Below, one piece after another: positions 27,598 to 39,509 of a stretch of DNA of 64,000 nucleotides; the stretch's first letter is position 1; each line of letters begins with the position of its first letter. Source of the DNA: Haliotis rubra (Eukaryota); the NCBI RefSeq assembly GCF_003918875.1, contig NW_025766836.1, positions 744,001-808,000 on the forward strand, read 5' to 3'. The position numbers were made by a program, and so were the translations under genes. The notes under the pieces were generated by a model. The model searched no databases. It was not told the DNA's origin and was given only the letters and a program-made list of their open reading frames with translations.

Positions 27598-27826
27598 ACA
27601 GTATATATGATGAAACTGTAGTCTGTCCAACTGTCCCTCGACAATATATATGATGACACTGTAGTCTGTCCAACTGTCCCTCGACAGTATATATGATGAC
27701 ACTGTAGTCTGTCCAACTGTCCCTCGACAGTATATATGATGACACTGTAGTCTGTCCAACTGTCCCTCGACAGTATATATGATGACACTGTAGTCTGTCC
27801 AACTGTCCCTCGACAGTATATATGAT
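27598..27826. repeat. 43-bp minisatellite (~5 copies) in DLC4 intron
   Basis: CAGTATATATGATGACACTGTAGTCTGTCCAACTGTCCCTCGA tandem; single shorter unit at the paralogous DLC5 site (~34261-34297). Confidence 0.93.
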
Positions 27827-28144
27827 GTTCCCTTCCGCCCAACCCTCTCTGGTATGCAAAATGAAACGAGTTTAGATTTGCCTACGGTTTTGAATCTCCC
27901 ATACCATTCGGGACCCTTTTCAGTTTAGATTGAGTCAGATCTATTTGTTTCTATCAAAATAACATATTTTCAGAGAATGAGCATTTAGACATCATTGGGG
28001 CAGACATGGACAGCAGGAAAACAGTGATAGGCGTGACGGTAAATATAATATAAGCTCGATAGAACTAGAAATCTTTATTACAACATTGATTCAGCATTTC
28101 AGCCTAAATGTGTTTATATAAGAAGGTGGGGACAGTTTAGTCCA

Positions 28145-28311
28145 CTTACCTGATTTGTATGGAAGTCCTATGGAAATCGCCAGACAAGTTGTGATATCGA
28201 AACCAAAGTATTTTATTTCGATGTTACCTTTGCTTACATATCGTCCTACAACAACTGCATCACGCTAATATCTGAAATTCCATTGGTTAAATACTGCAAT
28301 CTGAGTGGCTG
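28145..28311 (-). promoter_or_regulatory. DLC4 exon 1 donor and proximal promoter (degenerate X-box, CCAAT); SBS displaced to 30437
   Basis: Donor at 28149; GTCCTACAACAAC 28243-28255; ATTGG 28282. Confidence 0.68.
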
Positions 28312-30430
28312 CCATGCTTGGGGCGGATACAGGGACTGGGCAGATGTCCACCTTGGCAGAATTTCTTCAACCTAAACAATGGGACAATGAGAACGGTGGA
28401 TGCCCATCAGATGCCGTTATTTGAAAAATATCCCCGGTAGTTCTAGTCTAATGTATTCTAGCAATGTAAGCTTTGTTTATGCGTTTATGGTATGATAACT
28501 GATGCCATTTGATCCTATTTCTGTGTTTTGTTACCTTGACATGTGACTAGTTCATGTAACAATGTGATGTCTTTTGACCTATTACATTAAAAACCAAAGT
28601 TTGATTTATTTGAATCCCTAAATTAAATCAACCTAACTTTGCCATTGCTAGAAAAGTCTAAACAAATTGCTTAGATAAGTATACAGTTTTAACTTTAGAG
28701 CACATGCTGTATTTGTTATGCAGCAATGAAGTTCCGTTCATATGCTCAAAACAGCATCAAGGCAATTAAAATTGCAATACAATACAGCGATTACTACTCT
28801 CTTGCTGTAACCCATGTTTGGTGGTGTAAACCTACACCTGTTTATTTGTTTATTCACTTTATGGTCAGTTAATGAAATTATAACAGGTATAATTAGTAGT
28901 AACACCACTCAGATTTCCCGACAAAGGTCCCCATATGTCTGGAGTAAATACTCAACATTATAAATTAAGGTCTGGTGTGGCATATGTATTACGTGTTATG
29001 TAATATGCGCATGGATGTGCGGCAAGAGGAATTATCAAACAAAACCAAACAAACATCAATCAAAGGATTAACCGATAACATAACACGTTAATTGATTAAT
29101 AACTTCTATCTTGCACAAAGGATTTGTCAAAAGGTTGTGTACAGTGTATATATATCTAGATTTACTAACGTATACTGAATACACCCTGTCGTAAAGTGCC
29201 TGTGTAAAAACAACGCCCTTCCTTCAAAGGATTGTGGGGCGGTAGGGTAGCCTAGTGGTTAAAGCTTTGGCTCGTCACGCCGAAGACCCGGATTCGAATC
29301 CCCACATGGGCACAATGTGTGAAGCCCATTTCTGGTGTCCCCCGCCGTGATGTTTCTGAAATATTGCTAAAAGCGGCGTAAAACCAAAACTCAGTCAGTC
29401 CAAGGATTGACCGGCAATACGTTGATTGATTGCTCATTGTTGTATAACTAATTACTTTCAAAATAATGGTGGACATCATGCAAATAGTTGTCACATATGC
29501 GATCTTGGGTGACCAATGAGACTATACACCAATGTGAAAAACCTGAAACAGTCACGTGACCAGTAGAGAAATTATCACTAGTTATTACTTGTTTGAGTGG
29601 CAGTTAGAAGCTGTTTTCTAACGGCATTAGCATCTACACCGAAACGTCACATCGATTGCAATAAAGACGTTGTCTGTCCATAAAAACGTCCCTGTTTATC
29701 ACCAGTTATAACGATTTATACAACTTTAGCATATTTCACTGTTAAAAGACAGATGATATGGAACAGATTGGCACATCGTTCCTTTATGTGGATATTGATG
29801 GATACATTCCTCGATCAAGGTAAGGGCCTGATGTTATTGTTATAAATTTATTCGGTATTAATTTGAATATCTGCATTTTGTTTACATTCTTTTCTTGTAG
29901 CATCCCACAGAATCATTCTACTTCATTTCTTTGCGCCGTGAAGTTTAATGAGACAGACAACATACACAAGGTCGAACTTAGGATGCGTGTGTGAAATATG
30001 ATTCACGAAGGCAATTTATAAAATGTTTAGATATTTCAGTCATGTTATAAATTCACTAAACAGATCGTTCCAAAATCCATAAACATATATCAATAAATAT
30101 TTAGGATTATAAGACAAAGATGTGAAGCCGTACATTGACTTTGACATATTTTCCCACTGGCAGATGAAGTTAAACTTCAATTTGTTTTCATTTGTTATCA
30201 TAATAATGAAGATGGAAATATAAATGAATAAATGAAATTGCATCTTCTTTGTTGATCAAAGTCAGGATATACATATCATATACATATACTACCAATTGAA
30301 CTTACGGGTGGCGCATTTAGAGATAGCAACTCAGTCAAGAATTCTGGGATATCGTCCGGGTACTCACGGGGGATAAACAATAACAAAAGCAACAACCAGT
30401 CCCAGGGGAATTGCTCTGGATCAGTGTCCC
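28312..30430. other. ~2.1-kb insertion in the DLC4 promoter (second copy 34796-36760 in DLC5)
   Basis: Interrupts the CCAAT-SBS segment that is contiguous in DLC2/3/6. Confidence 0.8.
29235..29400 (+). mobile_element. SINE family A, DLC4-specific
   Basis: Flanked by CAAAGGATT / CAAGGATT; empty site CTTCAAAGGATTACCGG at ~35681 in the DLC5 copy. Confidence 0.85.
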
Positions 30431-31276
30431 TTTAAGTTCCCGGCATGCTAAACTAAACGGGCGCATCCCTAAACTCATTCATGACAACCAGCGAGCTCTA
30501 TGCAGGTAATAGACTACGACGAATAATTATGTGTATGATGCATGATATTCGACTTTAGCTGACGGGTTGTGTGTCACAGCACATATGTTGAACGCTTGAA
30601 TGATCCCGGCACTCAATTCAGAATAAGCTGTGCGGAGCTGAACTGTGTTACAATATAGGATGTGGTTGATATACACCGAAAGTGATATACCTCCTATATA
30701 ACCGTGACACGAGATTTGACTGACGCCGGCAGTGAGATAATAGTGAGTGAGTGAGGTTCGCACTCAGCAATATTCCAGCTATATGGCGACGGTCTGTAAA
30801 TAATCTAGTTCAATTCAATCCAATTCATTTTATTCTCAAAAAGAACCACCCACGGTGGTACAGGAGAAAAGTTTTCCAAAAATAACAAATATTTGTACTT
30901 TACATGATGGCGGTTATATTGTACTAGACAATCCAATGATCAAAGTAAGATAATAGTACGCCAGGTGTTTTGGTCATTAGCAATGCTTGTTTTCAGTCTA
31001 CTTATTTCTTTCTCGTTTGGGGCACAAACAGAATCACACACGCTTGTAAACGATGTGTTATATATTCTCGTAATGCTCCTGCCGTGATATTGCTGGAATG
31101 TTGCTGAAAGCGGCGTAAAACTAACTCACTCACTCTTTACGTGAACTGACAAGAATCCATTATTCGCTATGCTTTGAAATTGAACATGTTCACCACAATG
31201 AATAAGTGAATGGTTGTGTAACCGCCTTGAAATGCATTCCGCTTACACGGCGCCCCCTCTTAATGTTAGTATGGTA

Positions 31277-31441
31277 TGGGACGGTGGGGTAGCCTAGTGG
31301 TTAAAGCGTTGGCTCGTCACGCCGAAGACCCGGGTTCGAATCCCCACATGGGTACAATGTGTGAAGCCCATTTCTGATGTCCCCCGCCGTGATGTTGCTG
31401 GAATATTGCTAAAAGCGGCGTAAAACCTAACTGAGTCAGTC
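31277..31441 (+). mobile_element. SINE family A, full length
   Basis: TSD AGTATGGTAT. Confidence 0.82.
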
Positions 31442-32204
31442 AGTATGGTATAAAACCTCACTCACTCACACACTCACACACTCGCTCGCTCGCCCGACTT
31501 ACTCACTAACCATTAGGCTACCCCACCTCCCCTTAATCGAGCATGATCAAGACGATCCAGTAGTGTGTATTCGGTGAAAGGTCACCAAGCATTCAATGAA
31601 ACATTGCTTTGACAATAATAGTCAACAAATGTTGCTGGGATTTATTCGAATCCGGAATCAAAATATATCTTAATGGAACAGCATAGACATTTATGCAAAG
31701 TTGGCTTTAAATCATTTATTTTCCCCAAAACTCAACAACAGGTGAACCAGAAATTGTGATATAAAAGATAAACAACTCATTTGAATATTTTCTTTTGACA
31801 TATCTTGTTAGGATATGAAATGGGTTGACATGATTTTAAACAAAAGGTTTATTTACTTTAGAAAGATCAACAACAAAACGACGAACACAATAATCATTTG
31901 CAAACATTCATAAAAGTCTGAGATTAAAGACGTATCAAGGAATGACATAGGAAGAAATGACAAAGGTGCAAAATGTCATTTGAAAGGCACAAAATGATAT
32001 CTTCATTGGATGGTATATGGTCTGTAAGATTTTGCATTGTTCACTTATACAGACAATATAATATTTTGTATTTCAATATTCCCAAGAATTTCAAGGTATT
32101 TGTGTGAAATATTTATGCATTATATCCGAGATGGGAGATATAGACTTCAGCACTTGACAGTGGTAACTTTATCTAGTGTCTTCATAATCTTCATTGTTCA
32201 TTGC

Positions 32205-32474
32205 TCAAACTGATTTGAAGAGGAGAACGGCCACCTGTCCCAGATAGAAATGGATGAAGTGCTTGGTCTCGTGGGTGACGTAGCTGCCAAAGTTGCGGCC
32301 GACAATACAATGCCATGTGGGGTTGTACTTCTTGTCGAACTCCTTCTTGATGTATGCAGCGATGTCCTTCTCAATGCTGTACTTCTCCAAAGCTTGAGTG
32401 GCGCTATCAATAGCGTCCTGCTGCATGTCCTCGCTCATGTCAGCCTTCGTGATGACAGCTTTTCTGTCAGTCAT
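32205..32474 (-). CDS. DYNLL: Dynein light chain LC8, divergent paralog (DLC5)
   Basis: Intact 89-aa ORF, identical to DLC4 except residues 2, 3 and 7. Confidence 0.96.
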   Translation of the reverse strand: MTDRKAVITKADMSEDMQQDAIDSATQALEKYSIEKDIAAYIKKEFDKKYNPTWHCIVGRNFGSYVTHETKHFIHFYLGQVAVLLFKSV

Positions 32475-34642
32475 GGTCTCCTGAAGAACAAAAACAGTTT
32501 CTCCGAATCAAAATGCAGCTTGCGTCTAATTTGTAAACCGAGGAGTGGGTGAGTGAGTGAGTTTAGTTTTACGCCGCTTCCAGCAATATTCCAGCAACAT
32601 CACGGCGGAGACACAAGAAATGTGTTTCACACATTGTACCCATTTGGGGAATCGACCCTGGAATGACGAGTGAACGCTTTAACCACTAAAGTACTATCGG
32701 AAATACAAAAATACTTAGGTTTTTTAGCTGTTACTCTGTATCCCTAACATTCACACAATTACAAATAGCCTATGTCGAAATAACCCACATCGACCTTACA
32801 GTCGATTTCAGCTTTAGTTTAAAGACTAAGCACACAGTTTTATTGAAATGTCCACAAACATATTCGAGATCCCTGCCCCTTTTTTATGTTCCGTAAAACA
32901 TATGTTTCACTGGATGAACTACCTGTACGTCTCTCACTTTCAGATTAAGATTCTTCAGTGTTTTTACTGGTGAGATGCAATCAATTATAATCACACTATA
33001 ATCGGTGATCAGTAAACACACCAAGACAGTCTAATTGCAGTTTCACAACTGAGCTTGACGCTAAACCTCGCGGCAATATCCGTTTTCGATTGTCGTCTTT
33101 TGTGACAAGCAGAAAATGTTGAGGACCAAATCTAACCCGGAATCCACACGGGTGAAGTTATCAGGTACATGTATATGTTCGTGAGTGAGTGAGTTTAGTT
33201 TTAGCAATATTCCAGCAATATCGCGCCGGAGACACTCATAAACATTCTCATGAATGATCTTTCCTCCGTGAACTAGTTCACCCGGAAACATTAATCGTTA
33301 ACATGTATTACCCCAGAAGGTTCCCTTATTATGAGAGCCTATAACGAACCTTAGACATAAGTGGATATGGTTGTAAAGTGCACTTTGCACAATTTCCAAC
33401 AAATTGTTATAATTCCTACAACTGGTTTCACATAAGGAAATCGTATGGAGCTACCGCTTTCGTGACAAGCGAACACTTTGACCAGGCTTACCCCGCCCCT
33501 AAGGTAAGTGTGGAGTCGAAAGGCAAGGGTTTACAAATGATTGCCATCAGAGACCAATAAAATGAGCACTGGGACCTGTGTTCGTTCGTTCGTTTGTTTG
33601 CACGCACGCATCAATAATCAAGCTATATAGGACCGCCGTCTGTGAAGATTTCAGCCTAGACCAGACAATCTGTAATAAGTGATCTGGTCGACTTTACGTC
33701 ATAGCTGAATCACTGGCTTGCCTGGTCCATTCTACATTATTTATGGACTAACTCGATGAATCATGAATGTTACTGAGGTTTACAAACCGTTCCTAACCAC
33801 AGCGATATCCCGACACTGCGGACCAATTCTGTTTGTGAGTGCGTGAGTGAGTTAAGAGTTTAACTCACATCAGCAGTATTTCAGCTATATGGTGACTGAT
33901 TCTATTTGCACCAGGCGACGCAGATCTATTACAGACAAGAACAAAACAATCATCTAGAAAAGGATCAATATAAACAGTCAGAGGTGCCTTTGTTTTCATA
34001 TAAATATGTAAAGGCTTTTTCATTCAAACAAAATGAAAGTCATGGTTGAGACGAATCCCAGTTCTGCAAAACTGTTTAGGTGTGTCGCCGCCATTACTAT
34101 CCGGGTCAATATAGATACCGGTAGAGTCAGTTAGAAAACTAGATTAACCGATGATCAGTTTGGTTAGGCCACAAGTTGTTGTTCATTGTTCGTCAGATTG
34201 TTTAGTTCAAACAGTATTTTCGAATACGTGGCATTTTCACTAACATTCTATCCATTTTGTACAGTATATATGATGACACTGTAGTCTGTCCCTCGACTAT
34301 ATGATTTTCCCTTCCGCCCAAACCTCTCTCAATGCAAAAAGCCCTAATGAAACGATTTTAGATTTGCCTCCTGTTTTGAATCTCCTATATTATTCGGGAT
34401 CCTTTTCAGTTTAGATTGAGTCAGATCTATTTGTTTCTATCAAAATTTCATATTTTCAGCGAATGAGCATTTAGACATCATTGAGGCAGACATGGACAGA
34501 AGGACGCGACGCGGGACAACAGTGATAGGCGTGACGGTAAATAACAGAGATATAAGAGCGATAGAACTAGAAATCTATATTACAACATTGATAAAACATT
34601 TCAGTCTAAATGTGTTTATATAAGAATGGACAGTTTAGTCCA

Positions 34643-34795
34643 CTTACCTGATTTGTATGGAAGTCCTATGAAAATCGCCTGGCAAGTTGTGATATCGAAA
34701 CCAAATTATTTCATTTCGATGCTACCTTTGCTTACATATCTGTATCACGCTAATATCAGAAATTCATTGGTTAAATGCTGCAATTTGACTGGCTG
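34643..34795 (-). promoter_or_regulatory. DLC5 exon 1 donor and proximal promoter (X-box deleted, CCAAT retained); SBS displaced to 36765
   Basis: Donor at 34647; CTTACATATC|TGTATCACGC junction at 34740/34741; ATTGG 34766. Confidence 0.68.
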
Positions 34796-37700
34796 TCATG
34801 CTTGGGGCGGACACAGGGACTGGGCAGATGTCCACCTTGGCAGAATTTCTTCAACCTAAACAATGGGACAATGAGATCGGTGGATGCCCATCAGATGCCG
34901 TTATTTGAAAATATCCCCGGTAGTTCTAGTCTAATGTATTCTAGCAGAGTAAGCTTTTTTATGCGTTTATTGTATGATGACTGATGCGATTTGATCCTAT
35001 TTCTGTGTTTTGTTACCTTGACATGTGACTAGTTCATGTAACAATGTGATGTCTTTTGACCTATTACATTAAAAACCAACGTTTGATTTATTTGAATCCC
35101 TAAATTAAATCAACCTAACTTTGCCATTGCTAGAAAAGTCTAAACAAATTGCTTAGGTAAGTATACAGTTTTTAACTTTAGAGCACATGTTGTATTTCTT
35201 TTGCAACAATGAAGTTCCGTTCATATGCTCAAAACAGCATCAAGGCAATTAAAATTGCTATACAATACAGCGATTACTACTCTCTTGCTGTAACCCATGT
35301 TTGGTGGTATAAACCTACACCTGTTTATTTGTTTATTCACTTTATGGGCAGTTAATGTACTTATAACAGGTATAATTAGTAGTAACACCACTCAGATTTC
35401 CTGAAAAAATGTCTGGAGTAAATACTCAACATTATAAATTAAGGTCTGGTGTGGCAAATGTATTACGTGTTATGTAATATGCGCAAGGATGTGCAGCAAG
35501 AGGAATTATTCGCTGAGTTAAAAAACAAACATCGATCAAAGAATTAGCCGATAACACGTTGATTGATTCATTACTTTTATCCAACGGATTTATCAAAATG
35601 TAGTGTTTATGTGCGTAGATTTACTAACATATACTGAATACACGCTGTCGTAAAATGAGTCTGTAAAAACAACGCCCTTCCTTCAAAGGATTACCGGAAA
35701 ATACGTTGATTGATTGCTCATTGGTGTCTAACTAAATTACTTTCAAAAGAATGGTGGACATCATGCAAATAGTTGTCACATATGCGATCTTGGGTGACCA
35801 ATGAGACTATACACCAATGTGGAAATCCTGAAACAGTCACGTGACCAGTTGAGAAACTATCACTAGTTATTACTTCTTTGAGTGGCAGTAAGAAGCTGAT
35901 TTGCTAACGGCATTAGCATCAACAGCGAAACGTCACATCGATTGCAATAAAGACGTTGTCTGTCCATAAAAACACATTCCTGTTATAACGGTTCAAACAT
36001 GTTTTGCATATTTGACTGTTAAAAGGGACATGGAACATGTTTCTTTGTCAGCAGCAGATGAATGGCACATCGTTCTTTATGTGGATATTGATGGATACAT
36101 TCCTCGAACAAGGTAACGGCTTGATGTTATTGCTATAATTGTATTCGGTTTTAACTTGAATATCTTCATTTTCTTTATATTCTTTTCTTGTAGCATCCAA
36201 TAGAATCATTCCACTTCATTTCTTGCGCCGTGAAGTTTGATGAGACAGACAACAGACAACAAGGTCGCTCTTAGGGCGTGTGTGTGAAATATGATAAACG
36301 GAGGCAATTTATAAAATGTCTAGATATTTCAGTCATGTTATAAATTCACTAAACAGATCGTGTACATTTTATGAAGATCCAAAATGCATAAAAATATATG
36401 AATAAATTATTTAGGATTATATGACAAAAATCTGAAGACGTATATTGACTTCGGGGCTTTTTTTCAGTCCTAACATATTTTCCCACTGGCAGATGAAGTT
36501 TAACTTCAATTTGCTTTTCATTTTTTATCATAATAATGAGGATGGAAATATTAATGAGTAAAAGAGATTGCATCTTCTCTGTTGATCACTGTCAGGATAT
36601 ACATATCATATACATATACTACCAATTGAACTTACGGGTGGCGCATCAGAGATCGCAACCCAGTCAAGAATTCTGGGATACCATCCGGGTACTCGCGGGG
36701 GATAAACAATTATAAAAGCAACAACCAGTCCCAGGGAATTCCTCTGGATCAGTGTCCCTTTCCCTTCCCGGCATGCTAAACGGGCGCATCCCCAAACTCA
36801 TTCATGACAACCAACGAACTGTATGCAGACTAAGACGAATATTTAGGTGTATGGTGCATGAAATTTCGACTTTAGCTGACGGGTTGTGTGTCAAAGCACC
36901 TATGTTCAACGTTTGAATGATCCTGGAACTTCAGAATAAGCTGCGTGAAGCTGAACTATCTTATAATGTGGTTGATATACACCGAAAGTGATATACCTCC
37001 TATATAACCGTGACACGAGAGTTGCTGACCCCTTAAGATATCAGGTCGCCATGTGTTTCGGTCATTAGCAATGCTTGTTTTCAGTCTACTTATTTCTTTC
37101 TCGTTTAGAGTACAAACGGAATCACACACGCTTGTAAACCATGTGTTATATATCCTCGTCATGCTCCTACCTAACTGCCGTGATATTGCTGGAATATTGT
37201 TAAAAGCGGCGCAATACTAAACTCACTCAGTCCTAACGTGAACTGACAAGAATCCATTATTCGCTATGCTTTGAAATTGCGCAGATTCATCACAATAAAA
37301 AAGTGAATGGTTGTGTAACCGCTTTGAAATGTATTCGGGTTATACTCACTCACTCTCTCGCTCACTCGCTCCGCCGCCATATAGCTGGAAAATTGCTGAG
37401 TGCGGCGTACAACTAAACTCACTCACATTTGTTTTATAAATGGGTTTTGATACCATGCCTTACCGTGTCAAAGGAAACAAGAGTGTGATAGAAAGTTTCG
37501 TGTGATAAATTGGCTGTGTGGTGATTGCCTATCTTGATTCAACCACAGTGGGTCGTATTATTCTGTCGTGGCCGCGCACATTGAAACGCAAACGATGTAT
37601 TTATCAGATGCACGTGATATGCCACGTGACTGGCTGTTTCTTGCGTCAGTTTGTTTTTAGTTTTCATTTCACGTTGTTAGCTTGATGTTGGAAGACAGAC

Positions 37701-38999
37701 CCGACTGATACACACCTTGGACCATTATTCGAAATAATGCAGGTCCTTATAGCCGACAGCTTTTTATCCTTAATAACTAATAGTCCTTGAGCCAGACCTT
37801 GAAAATATTGATTTGACTACCAAATTGAGGGGCAAACAGTCACTATGATTTTCATATAGCTTAAGGTATGTACTTTTTAAAATCACGTGATGGACACCTC
37901 CCATGCCCTGCTAAATAGGTTTTTGTCAGCCATATTTAAAGATGGCCGCCATTTTATTGAAACGGACCATCTGTCTACAAAAACAATGCTACAGCTAAAA
38001 CTATAAGCATTAGACATAGACATGTGGGTGAAATATGTTCAAAATTAAATTTCCCACATTTTGATATGTAATTTGTGGGGGTTCAGCATGATTAGGTTTA
38101 AAAACCTGGGGAAAATGTATGAAACAATACGATTTCCCTTAAAAATGCAGACATTTTGTTATTTTCTGAGACAAATAATCATCACAGAGAGGAGATCTTA
38201 CATAAAGTAGAAAGCCTATTTCCCTAAGTATACAGTTGGTTCCATTTTATATTCAAATCCAAATTAAAATGGACTTTTAATCAAGTTTATAATGCAGGTC
38301 CCATTTTTCACTAAATGGCAGCCTTTCAGTAAAGTAAGTTTCTGAAAACAATGACCCAGCTCAAATTGTAAGCTCGAAGTACGTTATGTTAGGATGAAAT
38401 GTGTTCTGTATTGAATTTCCCACATTTTGACATGTAATTTGTGAGGGTTCAGCATGATTAGGTTAAAAAAATGGGGAAAATGTATGAAACAATACGATTT
38501 CCCATAAAAATGCAGACATTTTGTTATTTTCTGAGAGACATAATCATCACAGAGAGGAGATCTTACAGAAATTAGAAAGCCTATTCCCTAAGTATACATT
38601 TGGTTCCATTTTATATTCAAATCCAAATTAAAATCGACTTTTACTCAGGTTCATAACGCAGGTCCTATTTTTCTCTAAATGTGTTCAATATTGAATTTCA
38701 CACATATTTAGTTCGCACTTGTTGATATTGTTTCAACCATATGTTCACAGTTCTTCCAGTTCGCACCATGTGGAATATTTTCGTTACAGTATCAAAGAGT
38801 TTGGACCTTAAAACTGCAAAAAATATTTTCTTGTTTTCATGTCATTGTTTTCTGCTTAAATACAATGAAACAGAATTTGTCAAAGATTCCACGAAAAATC
38901 ATCAACAGAGAAACCTGGAGGCAGAGTTTGTTGAATCATTTCTTTACAGTAGGTAGACGTGTATATGTCAGATAAATTATTGCCTGAAACACTGGCATC

Positions 39000-39509
39000 T
39001 ATGGAATCCTGGAAGGGACATTGTCGCGTTGTCGCATTGTCGCCCTCTCAAATACAAGCAAAATTAACCAAAACGCGACATGCGACATCGCGACAACGCG
39101 ACATTTCGCCCATTTGTCGCACTGTCGCGATGTCGCGTGTCGCGTTTTGAATAATATTTTTTATTCCTCCAAAGGCGACACGCGACATAGCGACAATTTT
39201 CAAGGTCAAAATATGTCGCGTGTGTCGCGTCGCCATATGTAAGATGTGTAAAAACAGCCTAAAAATTACCAAAAGCGGCGACCGCGACATATATTTTATC
39301 GCATTGTCGCGTGTCGCGCTTTGTTAAAATATTGAGTATAGTATGTATTATAACATATGACTAAAACGCGACGCGCGACAATGCGACAAAATATATGTCG
39401 CGTTGTCGCGATGTCGCGTGTCGCGTTTTGGTTTATTTTGCCTCACTTTACTTGTTTTTGAGAGGGCGACAATGCGACATAGCGACAATCTCCCTTCTCG
39501 GATTCCATA
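39000..39509. mobile_element. MITE with TATGG termini and 6-bp TSD (IS3EU-like), rich in TGTCGC/GCGACA repeats
   Basis: TIR TATGGAATCC..GAAGGGA.ATTGTCGC / GCGACAATCTCCCTTCTCGGATTCCATA; TSD GGCATC (38994-38999, 39510-39515). Confidence 0.85.
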
